Shown here: positions 10,516-22,910 of the stretch, piece by piece
Layout of the letters: the number at the start of each line of letters is the position of its first letter
Position numbering within the stretch: the first letter of the stretch is position 1
NCBI RefSeq assembly: GCF_004010195.1
Contig: NC_057719.1
Coordinates: 7,193,060-7,238,085, forward strand
DNA length: 45,026 nucleotides
Origin: Chiloscyllium plagiosum
Taxonomy: Eukaryota
Reading direction: 5' to 3'
The notes under the pieces: generated by a model
Databases searched by the model: none
Told to the model about the DNA's origin: nothing
Seen by the model: only the letters and a program-made list of their open reading frames with translations
Position numbers and translations under genes: made by a program

Positions 10516-12019
10516 CACTAATATTTTGTTCTTCAGTATTATGTGACTGTGCAAATCCTCTGTATGTCTTTTTCTCCTTTTTAATGCCAATTTCATTCCC
10601 GACAAACTCTCCACACAGCACAAGTAAACAGCTTCACAAGGACATTGGTAAGGTTGCATCTCTGAGTCAGATGTATCCTCTAAGTTCCACCTCTCCAGAA
10701 GCAGTCTAGATGTCACAGAAATCCAAAGACATCCATAGGAATTACTATTCAAACTGGTATCTTTGACATTTTTCTGGATGAACTATAACTATTTATGGTA
10801 TCAACTCAAAAGTGTTCTTTGTTCAGCAGCATGAGTATCACAGGATATACCTTCAGCAAAATTAGCTTTTTCAGATGATTGGCTTCTCCACAATAACTCT
10901 TTCCTGACTTGGCGAATACTGTCTTTAAATATAATTTGTTTTCTTGGTGACTTCCCACATTTCTATTTGCAAATTATTAGCTGAGTACAAATGGTTTACA
11001 GATAAATGCTGGGTTATTTCTACTTTACTTTAACTTTAAAAATCCCACTCCATTCTGTTTACAGTACGATAAGATTCTGTATAGCTGCTATTTTTCAGCT
11101 CATGTTTAAATGAAGTCATGACTTTTGTGATTCTTTGTTTTGTGACAAGAACTAATGAACTACAGAAAGGCTTTGAAACTGGTGATAAATTGTGTCATAA
11201 AGTCTTAATTCCGCACTTCTGATCCTCCACAACTATAATTGATGAAGAGAATATCTACCTCTGTAAAAAGACGCTTCCTGTTTGTTTCATTAGTCCTTTT
11301 GTACCAACGGATCTTATTCAACTGGAAAAACACACAACTAGGCATTTCTTCAATCTTTGGAACTTTTGAATGAAGTGCAGCAGTCTTTGCTATTCTGTTC
11401 ACATGGTAACCAAATAAATTTATTCAAAGAACCAAGCATACTTCTGTTTGGTATTAGCAGAGTCTGATCATCCATTCCATTCATTCCTGCATTCTGTTTT
11501 AACTTGTCTTTGAAATCTTCTTTGTCTAGGGTGAGTCAGCAGGATACAAAATAGGCAGTCTAGTCACATGCTTCATTTAAAGATCGTATTCGCATTATTG
11601 TATTTTTCATGCTGTAGTTGGGGAGGCAGAAGGCCTGCAATTTTGACATAATTTTAAGTTATCAGGTTGTTTCGGGCTGAATCAAAGAGCAAAGCGTACT
11701 GTGCACACTTGAAGAGCTCAAGTTGCTATTTGTCTCTTAACTTCCTGTTTTCCTGCGAGTCATTCACAAAAATTAGAATAGAACAGTAGATGATCAATAT
11801 CATAGTGCACTGTATATATGTTTATATTTTTCCTGCTTAACTCCTGAGCAACATTCTCAAACAATTTAGTTCTGTGGTACACTGAGCAGGGTCTCAAGTT
11901 TAACTTGCATTGTCAATGAAGTTTGCTGAGTCTGAATCGGATGATCTGAGACTCAACGGTTGACCTCAACTGCACTGGACTACAGCTGCCATTGCTGGTG
12001 GCATTTTAAGTATGCCCAT

Positions 12020-12650
12020 TTGGGCAAGGGCTCATATTTGTAGAACTGTATGGCAATAGAGTTATTACCTGCAGAAGCAAATCATAGATGTTATTATATG
12101 ATAGCAATGTTAGAAGGACATATAACTTGTGCATCTTTTTTAAAAGATTTAAGTCACTTAGTTCCACATTCCTGTTCTTTCTGTAAGGGCCTGTAAATAT
12201 TTCATTTTCAAGTACATGTTCACTGTTAAAAATGCTTCCACCACCCCCTGTGGGGAAAATGCCTGTTCTTAACTCTCTGTATTTCAGTGAAGAAAGTTTT
12301 GTTTGCCCACCTGCCAATAAAAACAGTTTCTCCTTTTATGCACACCTTGGTGCAACATATCTTTGAACACATTCAATAAATATTGAAAATGTTGGAGAAA
12401 CTGTGTAGGTCTGGCAGCAACTATGGAGAGAGAAACAGAGTTCATTCTGAAGAGTTTCATTAGACTAAAAATGTTAACACGCATTTTCCTCAGTTTCTCC
12501 ATCATTTTCTGTTCGTTTCAGATTTCCAGAATCTGCGGTATTTTACTTTGATTTATTAAATCCCCTCACCTTCCTTGAGAACAAAGAAAGATACCACAAT
12601 TTCCTAATCTCTGCACATAATGGAACCTGGTTAATCCCTGACACCATTCA
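12020..12650 (-). mobile_element. Highly decayed CR1, interrupted by a family-2 PLE remnant (~12385-12550)
   Basis: CTTCCACCACCC...TTCTTAACTCTCTG...GTGAAGAAAG are CR1-like. The PLE remnant has GGTCTGGCAGCAACTATGGAGAGAGAAACAGAGTT, CTGAAGA at 12447 and the tail TTTCAGATTTCCAGAATCTGCGG. Confidence 0.5.
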
Positions 12651-13939
12651 AAAAGGTAAAGGAAAATCAATTAAAAAAAATACACAGGCCATTGATTTTT
12701 AACTTGTTTTGTTTGAACGTGACTAATTGAGCATGCTGATATCATGAAAATTTGTACCATAAAAGTAGATTGGATATCACCAATGTAATCTTGATAGTTG
12801 AAAGATTGTGGTAGCAGGAAAAAATGTACCCAAACACATTTATCCTTTATCTTTTAAGTGTAAACCTTGAGAAATTTCAAATCTCTGGTGATGTTATATC
12901 CACTGTGATCTAGAAATAAGGCCGTCCTAACACATGTTTCAGGTATTACAAGCCTAATAACTACTTCAGCTCTTCAGTGCATTTTTCAAAGCTTTAGTGG
13001 GAAGAGATTTCCTGCTGTGAAAAATAGTACAGACAGAGCAAGGTATAATCTTCCCTAACCAATATCTGTAGGGAGGAACAGCCTCACTATAGGCAAGCAA
13101 TGTAAATGGAGCTTAATAGCGGTCACTCTTTGCTGCTCAGGTGTGCATAAGTTTTGCAGTACATTTCTGTCTTTGAAGGAATACTTTTTTTGTAACACTT
13201 TTCACAATCTCAAAGACTGTGTTTCACTGCATTAAATTGGGAACAATGGCAACTCCTATTTATCATATCAAATACTATTTAAATATCCCAAAGCAGTTCA
13301 AGTGAGAGATAGTGAAATGGAGATATTTAGGAGCACATTCCATAATTTAGGGCATTTAGTTGAAAATGCAACTGCCAGGATAGAGCAGTTTAATTTAAGG
13401 AATGTAAGAGGCCAGAATTAGAGAAAACTGATCAGACTTTATTTAATTTAATAACTTCAATCCAGACTACATGTGAGTGAAACTTCTCATGAGTTGATCA
13501 AGATGGAGAGGCTTCACTGCTAAGATTGCAAATGTTTTGTGCAAAGAAATGCCTTCGTTTTGAAAGAATCACAGTTTATGAAGTGCTTCCTGTTTTTGGC
13601 AAACAAGATTTTCTGTGACCATAATTCCAGTGAGGTGGGGTGTTTAATGAGTATTCATAATATGCTAATGAATGGAAAGCAGATTGGTTGATAAAGCAGA
13701 CCCAGATGAAAGAGCCTGAGAATTTCACAGTAAAAGTTTAACCTGCAATCTGGAAATTCAATTTTTTGCCTCACATGTAATTAAATTCCCTTGCCTGCTT
13801 ATCTAAATGGTTTAGGTGAGTGAGGAAAGTTCTGCCCATAATGTTTACACTATATTTGGAGGATATTTTATTTCTGTCATCCTTTTAGAGGGAGCCATAC
13901 TTTGCAAGAAAGGGTAAAAACCCTGTAATTGGGCTGATG

Positions 13940-14570
13940 AATCATGTTAGTGGAGAAAGAGGCCTTTCAACCCATTATCACTGCAGATGTTTTGGAAGAA
14001 CTATCCAATCTATCCCACATTCCTACTCTTTCTCCTGAGCCCTGCAGTTTTTATCACTTCAGGTATTCACTTGATTCTCTTCTGAAAGTTCTATATTTTT
14101 CCACCATGCCTTCTGCATTCCAGATCACCAAAACTCTCAATTAAAATGTTTATTCTTCATGTAACCTTGGTTTGTCTTGCAATTGTCAATCATGTTGTTA
14201 CTAGAAACTTGTTACTTTGACCCTGTCAAAGTTATTTGTGAATTTGAGTGCATCTGCAAAATTAACTTGTAGCCTTCAAAACTGAGGAGAACACCTGAAG
14301 TACCCCCCCCATCACCACCATAAGTTTATTGCAACTTGCTTGATCACTATTCTAATAAATCATGTTCACCTTCTACAAGGGCTTGACATCCCAACCTGCA
14401 GTGGCCAGAGTTAAGTTCAGTACTCCAGCTAAGTGCTAACTGGTGTTTTACTCATGAGAATTTTCAACACACCACCTAACTTTCATACTCTGTGCTTCTA
14501 GTTATAAAGTCAACAAACCTGTGTGCTTTTTTTTAAATGGCCTTCTCAACTTGTCCAACCAATTTGACCA
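13940..14570 (-). mobile_element. Highly decayed CR1 LINE
   Basis: GAGGCCTTTCAACCCAT (3' end), GCATTCCAGATCACCAAAACTCTC and CAGTACTCCAGCT motifs. Confidence 0.55.
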
Positions 14571-14635
14571 TAAGTCCTGCTCACAAAGTGATCAAACATT
14601 CAACATAAAATATAAGTAACTGTCCCAGATTGCTG

Positions 14636-14732
14636 TATTCCTGATGAAGGGCTTTTGCCCGAAATGTCGATTTTCCTACTCCTCAGATGCTGCCTGAGCT
14701 GCTGTGCTTTTCCAGTACCACTCTAATCCAGA
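14636..14732 (+). mobile_element. Solo Penelope family 1 pLTR with hammerhead-like core
   Basis: CTGATGA (14641-14647)-AGGGCTTTTGCCC-GAAA (14661-14664)-TGTC, then ...CCACTCTAATC as in 808-895. Confidence 0.85.
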
Positions 14733-14789
14733 TCCTGCTCCAAAAAACTGCCAGAACTTACTATGTGAAACACATGAAATACCTAAAAT

Positions 14790-17095
14790 GGCTCATTAAA
14801 AACCAGGAGTTGAAGGAGATCATTTGGCCCTTTGAGCCTGCCCCATCATTGTGTTGATCATTCAACTCCATACCCTATTTCTCCTTTCTCTCTCTACTCT
14901 TTGATCCCCCTGGTTATAAGAATTATATCTAACTCCTTCCTGAAAACATTCAATGTCTTGGCCTCACTACTTTGTGGTAGAGAGTTCTGCAGGCTCACCA
15001 CACTGAGCCATGAAATTTCTCCTCATCTTGGTCCTAAATGGCCTCCCGTATATCCTTAAACTGACCCTGGTTCTGAACCCATTTCATCAGAAAAATTTAC
15101 TGTTAGAATTTGACAGGTTTCTATGAGAACTCCTCATTCTTTGGTAGATATGGTCCAAACAGATCAGTCTGTCTTCATACATCAACCTTACCATCCCAGG
15201 AATCAGTCTGGTAAACATTTGTTGCACCCCTTCCACAGGCAAAACATCCTTCCTCAGATAAGAAGACCAAAACTGCACACAGTATTCCAGGTGGTCTCAC
15301 CGGAGCACTGTAGAATTACTGTAAGATTTCCTTGCTTCTGTACTCAAATCTTATCACTGTGAAGGCCAACGTGCCAGTTATGGCTTGCTGCACCTGCATG
15401 CTTATTGTCTGCACCAGTTGTACAAGGGCATCCACTTCTCTTTGTACCTCCCTTTTTCGTAAACTATCGCCATTCAGATAATCTGCTGCCTTATTTCTGC
15501 CACAAAATTACATAATCTCACAGTTATGCACATTAAATTTTATTTACCATGCATTTGTCCACTCTCACATCATGTTCAAATCACACTGAATCGTATCTTT
15601 GCAAGTCACCTTCCTTCTCAGCCTTGCGTTGTTTGCAAACATCGAGGTAGAGTGAGTGGGGGAGGGGATGAAGGTGATAGGTCAGGGAGGAGGGTGGAGT
15701 GGATAGGTGGAAAAGAAGATAGGCAGGTAGAACAAGTCATGGGGACAGTGCTGAGCTGAAAGTTTGGAACTAGGGTGACTAGGAGGCGTCCAGTCTCCCC
15801 AATGTAGAGGAGACCGCATCGGGAGCAACGGATACAATAAATGATATTAGTGGATGTGCAGGTAAAACTTTGATGGATGTGGAAGGCTCCTTTAGGGCCT
15901 TGGATGGAGGTGAGGGAGGAGGTGTGGGCGCAGTTTTGCAATTCCTGCGGTGGCAGGGGAAAGTGCCAGGATGGGAGGGTGGGTTGTAGCGGGGGCGTGG
16001 ACCTGACCAGATAGTCATGGAGGGAACGGTCTTTGCGGAAGGCGGAAAGGGATGGGGAGGGAAATATATCCCTGGTGGTGGGGTCTTTTTGGAGGTGGCG
16101 GAAATGTCGGCAGATGATTTGGTTTATGCGAAGGTTGGTGGGGTGGAAGGTGAGCACCAGGGGCGTTCTGTCCTTGTTACGGTTGAAGGGGTGGGGTCTG
16201 AGGGCGGAGGTGCGGGATGTGGACGAGATGCTTTAGAGGGCATCTTTAACTGCGTGGAAAGGGAAATTGCAGTCTCTAAAGAAGGAGGCCATCTGGTGTG
16301 TTCTGTGGTGGAACTGGTCCTCCTGGGAGCAGATACGGCGGAGGATTGGGAATACGGGATGGCATTTTTGCAAGAGGTAGGGTGGGAAGAGGTGTCATCC
16401 AGGTAGCTGTGGGAGTCAGTGGGTTTGTAAAAAATGTCAGTGGCTAGTCGGTCATCATTAATGGAGATGGAGAGGTCCAAGAAGGGGAGGGAGGTGTCAG
16501 AGATGGTCCAGGTAAATTTAAGGTCAGGCTGGAATGTATTGGTGAAGTTGATCAACCTCCACGCGGGAGCACGAAGTGGCGCCAATGCAGTCATCAATGT
16601 AGCAGAGGAAGAGGTGGGGAGTGGTGCCGGTGTAATTACGGAAGATCTACTGTTCTACATAGCCAACAAAGAGACAGGCATAGCTGGGGCCCATATGTGT
16701 GTCCATGGCTACCCCTTTGGTCTGGAGGAAGTGGGAGGATTCGAAGGAGAAATTGTTAAGGGTGAGGACCAGTTCGGCCAAACGAATGAGAGTGTCGTTG
16801 GAAGGGTACTGTTGGGGACGTCGGGAGAGGAAAAAACTGAGGGCTTGGAGGCCCTGGTCATGGCAGATGGAGGTGTAGAGGGATTGGATATCCATAACGG
16901 GCATCAGTGTTTAAGAAGCATGATTTCCCTTTCATAAAATTGTGCTGGCTTTTTTCAGGCCTGTCTCTATTTTACACACGTTCTCCTACTAAATCTTTTA
17001 TAATGCACTCTAGCATTTTCCCTGAGACTGATGTGAAGCCAACTGGTCCATAATTCCCTGTTTTCTCCCTACCTCCTTTTGTTTAAATAGTAGAC
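14790..17095 (-). mobile_element. Old CR1 LINE (14790-15643 and 16896-17095) interrupted by a Penelope-like element
   Basis: QFWSSYLRKDVLPVEGVQQMFTRLIPGM ORF; KFAND-like GTTGTTTGCAAAC at the junction; an upstream NY.PV..TSV-like motif at ~17025-17055. Confidence 0.75.
15644..16895 (-). mobile_element. Penelope-like element, RT plus GIY-YIG pseudogene (frameshifted, internally deleted)
   Basis: MDIQSLYTSI, QTKGVAMDTHMGPSYACLFVG, YIDD (16590-16601), LPFLDLSI...IFYKPTDSHSYL and IIYCIRCSRCGLLYIGETGR motifs in successive frames. Confidence 0.95.
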
Positions 17096-18535
17096 AGTTT
17101 TTTCCAAAAACAAATTATCTTAGAGTTGTGTGCTCTTGTAACACTTCTACATCAGCATGCATTTAGCACATATTGCTTATCAATGACTAGAGGAAGAGTG
17201 ACCAGCAAATGAAATAGGCAGCATTTATAAAAATATTAATTCTGAAATAGTCTTACATCATTTTGCCTTGTGCAAGTTGATACTCTTTGCTTTCCAAATA
17301 TGGAATTTGTTCTCTCTCCCTTCTAAATCCTGATTAAAAAAAATCTAGAAATTATAACACCAGGAAGGTCTTTCATCCCAACGCAGTGTTAATACTCCAC
17401 ACAAGCAATAATCATAAACCAATGGACTCATCCATTTCCCATATTTCTTTATCCCATTCACTTGAATAATCTGTTTTTGTTTAAATCTATCTGTTCAAAC
17501 TCATCATCACATGTCTTTGGCAGATGAGACTTGGTTTCAGAGATACAGATTCCTCTACTAGGGACAAGACCCTTAAATTTGAACTGATGCTTGCAGAAGA
17601 AAGGTTGGATTGGAATGTTGGCAATGGTGAGATTAGACTCCCCGACCACAGAAACTCGAACTAAGATCTATTACCTTTAATCACTTGACCGTGCTATGTT
17701 GACAAGATTGTTGCTACAATTGCTAACTCCTGTAATGTCATCCAGAGTGTCTCATCTTATATGTAAAAAGAAATTCTGCTCGTCTGACTAATGTATTTAA
17801 TCAATGTCCCTTCTCCCTAGATCTCCTCATCAACTGGAAGCATCTTATTCATTCTTCATTTTAAACATCCTCAAGTTGCTCTGTATTCTACCCACTTCTA
17901 ATCATGCATCAAAATAAATTCTGAGCTCCTGTGATTAATATCTCTGATAACAGCAGTGAGTTGTGAAAGTACATCGGATCCCATTCTCTGATTCTTTACC
18001 TTGATCACTGAAAGATTTCTTTCCATCCTCTGCCCTTTCTTAGAAAGCATTGATATGTTTCATGACAACTGAGGCAGAGGAAGTAAGATGCAACCCAGCA
18101 TTGCATTAACAAACATTTTAGTACCTCTTGTCACAATTTTGAGTTTTAAAAAAAAATTATTCATGATATATAAGTATTGTTGGTAATTCAAATAATTATT
18201 GTCCTTGAGAAATGGGATGGCTGAAAAAAATATTCTTATTTCTCTAACGCTTTTTCAGTTACACCGAGATTTTCAACTTACCTAATTTCAAACCAAAGGA
18301 CCAAATTTTACTACTGTTACAATTTTACCATAGCAATTTTGTAGGCAATAAAACATTTAGTGATTGGATTTTTTAAAACACCTAATCCAGTGTAGCAAAG
18401 AGTGGAGGCTAGTGAAGTTCTCCACTTCCATTTAATTTTCTCTTTCCCAATTTTTACCACTTCCTTTCTAAACATATTGAACTGAAAATTCCCTCTCTTA
18501 GTCCTTCCTCCCATTTGCAGTTAATTTCTGAGGCA

Positions 18536-18890
18536 GGGGTGGCGGTGGCGGTGTAGTGGTGACATCACTGCTGGAAATGTGTTGCTGGAAAAGCGCAGCA
18601 GGTCAGGCAGCATCCAGGGAACAGGAGAAGGGGGGAGGGGAAGTGAGGAAACTGGTGAAATCCGAGTTCATCCCTTGTGGTTGGAGGGTTCCTAGGTGGA
18701 AGATGAGGCGTTCTTCCTCCAACCGTCGTTTTGTTGTGGTCTGACAATGGAGGAGTCCAAAGACCTGCATATCCTTGGTGGAGTGGGAGGGGGAATTGAA
18801 ATGTTGAGCTACAGGGTGGTTGGGTTGGTTGGTTGACTTACAGCCCCAAACTAATGTTCTGACCACATGGATCGAATCCTACCTCAGCTT
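18536..18890 (+). mobile_element. tRNA-derived SINE head (family B) split by a PLE
   Basis: GGTGGCGGTGTAGTGGTGACATCACTG (A box), then after the insertion GACT...CTAATGTTCTG..ACATGGATCGAATCC (B box). Confidence 0.6.
18571..18834 (-). mobile_element. Penelope family 1 fragment: GIY-YIG C-terminus fused to the distal pLTR (hammerhead region deleted)
   Basis: TNQPNHPVAQHFNSPSHSTKDMQV...RLIFHLGTLQPQGMNSDF, nearly identical to the ORF at 34597-35085. Confidence 0.9.
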
Positions 18891-18929
18891 CTTCATTTTG
18901 CTGACTTTGATGGAAAGATTATTGTCTTT

Positions 18930-19480
18930 AGACCATGCTGCTAAGCACTCAATTTCTTTTCTGTTTTGTTTCATCATTGTTTGAGATCAAACCTACAACG
19001 GTGATGTAATTAGCAAACCTGCAAATAGAGTTCAGGTGGAATTTGGCTGATTGTGAGTATTTGAGTTTAGGGGGCTGAGTGTGCAGTCTTGTGGGACACC
19101 AGTGTTGAGGATTATGGTGGAGGAGGTGTTGTCGCCTATTCTTACAGATTACAGTCTATGGATCCAGAGAGGGGAGGCGAGACCTAGCTCTTGGTGTTTA
19201 GAGGTGAATTTGTATGGAACTGTAGTTATGTAGACAGAGATGTAGGCGATAACTAGGAGCCTGGCATAATTGTTATGGGATGAGTGTAGGGCCAGGGAGA
19301 TGGCATCTGCAATGGAACTGTTGTGCCAGTAGGCAAATTGCAAAGGATCAAATTTGGTAGGCTGGTGTTGATGTGAGTCACGACTACTCCCTCGAAGCAC
19401 TTCTTAATTATGGAGGTCAGAGCCACGAGGCGGTAGTCAATAAGGCACACTGCATGATTTTTCTTTGGCACCACTAACAT
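18930..19480 (-). mobile_element. Rex1/Babar-clade LINE RT fragment
   Basis: VPKKNHAVCLIDYRLVALTSIIKKCFE and DPLQFAYWHNSSIADAISLALHS motifs. Confidence 0.85.
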
Positions 19481-19947
19481 TAGTGAAACATTGTATTTCT
19501 TGGAAGTAATCAAAACAAATTTTGTCACCAGACCACATGGAATATTAGCAAATGTGACCAAAATCTTGGTCAAAGAGCTTTAAGAAATATCTTGATGAAT
19601 GAGAGTTTAGCTGAAAGGTGATGGGGATACACAAGAAGCCAGAGTTGAAGGAACATGAGTTCTAGGAGGATTGAATTATTATGCAAAACATACTTGAAAT
19701 ATGATTGCAAAATCTTGGTTATTTCAATTTTTTCAGACTTTCAAGTTTCATCTCCAGTTTTTTTACAACTTGTATGCAGTTGTAGTTTGTGTGTACACAG
19801 TGTTTTACTACAAAAGTTGTTTTCAACTGTGAATCACATTGATGGGAAGTTCCCCTATTCTGGATGCAGTATTTAGTCAATATTTTAATCATGATCTTAT
19901 TCAACCGATCTATGCTTACAAAACTCTGAATATGGTGTCCAATATTT

Positions 19948-20410
19948 GACTGCAATTCCCTGATTGGACTCCACTTGATAAGCAATCTCAATTGTCCCAA
20001 AAATTTTCCAAGCAACTAATTTAAGATTCTTCATCAGTGTAATAGTGTGACTCAGTTTTATATGTGCTAGATTCTGCAGATATTCACACACACAGTCTTG
20101 TTACTTTATGAACAGAAAGAACATGTCTACACCTTCTGTCTTTCTCAACTAAACACAGGCTTGCAGGACAGACATTCCCCTGATACATTACCCACAGCAA
20201 TGCTTTGATCAATCAGAGTCAACTTGGCAGGTTTGAATTTAAACAAATCTTAATTGATTGTGGAATTCTACACGGCAATGCTTCTACCATTTGGAGTCTA
20301 CCTGCTAGCCGATCAGAACTCTTTTCTCCTACAATATAAATGGTTGTTCCCTTTTGAGATTTGGTATTCTGTGAATCTGTCCTGATCAGTGCAAGACTAA
20401 TACTTCTGTC
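19948..20410 (+). mobile_element. Ancient Penelope-like element 3' end (distinct family)
   Basis: Frameshifted translation DCNSLIGLHLISNLNCPKNF..FKIL...VLDSADIHTH...QKEHVYTFCL resembles PLE GIY-YIG C-termini. A decayed core CTGATCA-GT GCAA GAC-TAAT lies at 20382-20401. Confidence 0.55.
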
Positions 20411-20503
20411 TCTTGTTTTCATCAAAATGCACGTTCTGTGCTGTATGTTGGTTTTTATTAGACTGCAAGTGTCACTGGGGGAGGCAATGGCCTGTTGGTA
20501 ATA

Positions 20504-20901
20504 CAAGTAGAAAATCCTTTATCCAAAATTCTGAAATCCGAAGATTTTTCCTGAGGCTTTTTTCTCATTAGCAAGGTTGTTTGGAGTGCAAGCAGTTAAC
20601 ATAACTCCACACCCACTTGACTCACGTCATTCAGATGTGACATAGTGGTGTGGCCCAGCACTAGAACATAGAACATTACAGCGCAGTACAGGCCCTTTGG
20701 CCCTCGATGTTGCGCCGACCTGTCATACCAATCTGAAGCTCATCTAGAAGGCGTCAATTCTGTGTCCGTGCTCGTAGTAATCACAAGTGGGTCTGTTCTT
20801 CGGTAGTTTACTTTACTATGAAAATGTCATTTAGTCCTTTATCCGAAGAAATCCGTAAGAGAGCTGGTCCCGCGGGTTTCGCATAAAGGATTGCCTACCT
20901 G
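20504..20901. mobile_element. Tigger/pogo-type (Tc1/mariner superfamily) non-autonomous DNA transposon
   Basis: TA target duplication (20502-20503, 20902-20903). TIRs CAAGTAGAAAATCCTTTATCCAAAA and, reverse-complemented, CAGGTAGGCAATCCTTTATGCGAAA, with subterminal ATCCGAA repeats. Confidence 0.85.
20662..20748 (-). mobile_element. Very short CR1-type 3' tail inserted in the MITE
   Basis: A (TAGAACA)2 terminal microsatellite followed by ACAGGCCCTTTGGCCC; CTAGAA occurs on both sides (20661-20666, 20744-20749). Confidence 0.7.
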
Positions 20902-21206
20902 TATTGCGAGACGATTAAACAAGAGAGCAAGGTAATGTTCTGGAAACCTGGATTTGAATCTTGCCACTGCGGGTGATGGAATTTGAATTGTAAAAAACAA
21001 TCTGGAATTAAGAGCCAAATGATGACCATAATGATACCTTTGTCGATTGTCAGATAAACCCATCTAGTTCACTAATGCATTTTGGGGAAGGAGGCTGCCC
21101 CCTTACCTGTTTGGGCCTACATGTGACTCCAGGCCATCAGACTCTTAACTGTCTTCTCCAGTGATACCCTCATCCTGTGAATGAAGAAAAATAAACTGCT
21201 AGTCAT

Positions 21207-22245
21207 TAACCAATTGGATACAAAATTGGCTTGATGGTAGGAGACAGAGTGCAGTAGTGCAAGGTTGTTTTTCAGACTGGTGGGCTGTGACCAGCGGTGT
21301 TCATTTGTTTGTCATTCATATAAATGATTTAGATGACAAGATAGGAGGCATGATCAGTAAATTTGTGGATGACACCAAAATTGGTGGTATACTGGACAGT
21401 GAAGAAGATTATCTAAGATTACAAAGAGATCTTAGTCAATTGGATCAATGGGCTGAGGAGTGGCAGATGGAGTTTCATTTTGATAAATGCGAGGTATTGC
21501 ATTTTGTTAAAACAAACAAGGGCAGGACTTGTATAATTAATGGAAGAGCCCTCGGTAGTGTTATAGAACAGAAATACCTCTGTTCTTTGACATTTGTGTC
21601 ACAGGTGGAAAGAGTGGTTAAGAAGTCGTTTAGCACACTTGCCTTCATTGCTCAGACCTTTTGAGTATAGGAGTTGGGACATCTTGTTAAGGTTGTACAA
21701 GACATTGCTGAGGACTATTCTGGAGTACAGTGATTTAGTAAAGTGATTTCAGAAAAGGTTTACCACTATGATGCCAGGACTTGAGGGTTTGAGCTCTAAG
21801 AGGCTGGATAGGCTGGGACTTTTTTCCATTGGAGCATAGGCAGTTGAGGGGTGCACTTCGAGGTTTATAAAATCATGAGCTGCATAGATGAGTTGAATCG
21901 TTAACTGTCTTTTCCCTTGGGTGAAGGGGGGGGGGGGCGCAGGGGGAGGAGTTCACAACTAGGGGCATATTTTTAAGCAGAGTGGAGAAAGATTTAAAAA
22001 GAATAAGAGGGATAACATTTTGCACCTGAGTGTGGTTAGTGTGTGGAGTGAACTGCCAGAGGAAATGGTAGATGCAGATACAGTTACAACATTTAAAAGC
22101 CATTTGGATAAGTAGATGAATGGAATGGTTTGGAGGGATTGAGCCAAATGCAGGCAAGTGGGAATAGTTTAGTTTGGGAACATGGTCAGTGTGGACTAGT
22201 TGGACTGAAGGGTCTGTTTCCATGCTGTATGATACCAACTCTAAC
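21207..22245 (+). mobile_element. CR1 LINE RT fragment plus 3' UTR
   Basis: LFVIHINDLDDKIGGMISKFVDDTKIGG...LQRDL..L..WAEEWQMEF..DKCEVLHF. Confidence 0.95.
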
Positions 22246-22340
22246 CCAAAACATCTGGTTTAGCCAAAAAATGTTTACTTACAAAAAGAAAGTAGAATGA
22301 AGCAGATGCTAAAAATCTAACAAAGACAGAAAATGTTAGA

Positions 22341-22910
22341 ACATTGAGTATAGGAGTTGGAAGGTCATGCTGTGGCTGTACAGGACATTGGTTAGGCCAC
22401 TTCTGGCATATTGTGTGCAATTGTGGTTTCCCTCCGATAGGAATGATGTTGCAACACTTGAAAAGGTTCAGAAAAGCTTTACAAGGATGTTGCCAGGGTT
22501 GGAGGGTTTGACCTGTAGGGAGAGACTGTATAAGCTATGGCTGTTTTCCCTGGAGTGTCAGAAGCTGAGGGGTGACCTTATGGGTTTATAAAATCATGAG
22601 GGGCATAGATAGGGCAGACAGACAAGGTCTTTTCCCTGGGATGGGGGTGTCCAGAACTAGAGGGCATAGGTGTAGGGTGGGGGGGGGGTGGAGGTGTGAG
22701 TGTATGGAATGAGCTGTCAGAGGAAGTAGTGGAGGTTAGTACAATTACAAAGTGTAAAAGGCATCTGGATGGGTATGTGAATAGGAAGGTTTTGAGGGAT
22801 ATGGACCAGGTGCTGGCAAATGGGACTAGATTAATTTAGGATATCTGATCGGCATGGACAAGTTGGGTCTAATGGTCTGTTTCTGTGCTGTACATCTCTA
22901 TGACTCTGTA
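22341..22910 (+). mobile_element. CR1 LINE 3' fragment inserted in a decayed family-2 PLE end (22295-22340, 22911-22970)
   Basis: LYRTLVRPLLAYCVQLWFP...LEKVQKSFTRMLPGLEGL; flanks GCAGATGCTAAAAATCT and GAGAGAGAAACTGAGTTAATG are PLE-like. Confidence 0.9.

Larger units (their letters stand above)
20477..21195 (+). mobile_element. tRNA-derived SINE (family B), split by a MITE
   Basis: Head GGGGAGGCAATGGCCTGTTGGTAATA rejoins 20904 onward (...GGATTTGAATC B box). Body AAACCCATCTAGTTCACTAATG and an A-rich tail; homologous to 38278-38500. Confidence 0.75.

Noticed and set aside
16017..16937. Plus-strand ORFs of 129 and 167 aa
   Set aside because: They are antisense shadows of the Penelope RT.
21918..21950. 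G-run cluster with G-quadruplex potential (also 22674-22692)
   Set aside because: These are poly-G expansions of a G-rich CR1 site with no independent evidence of function.
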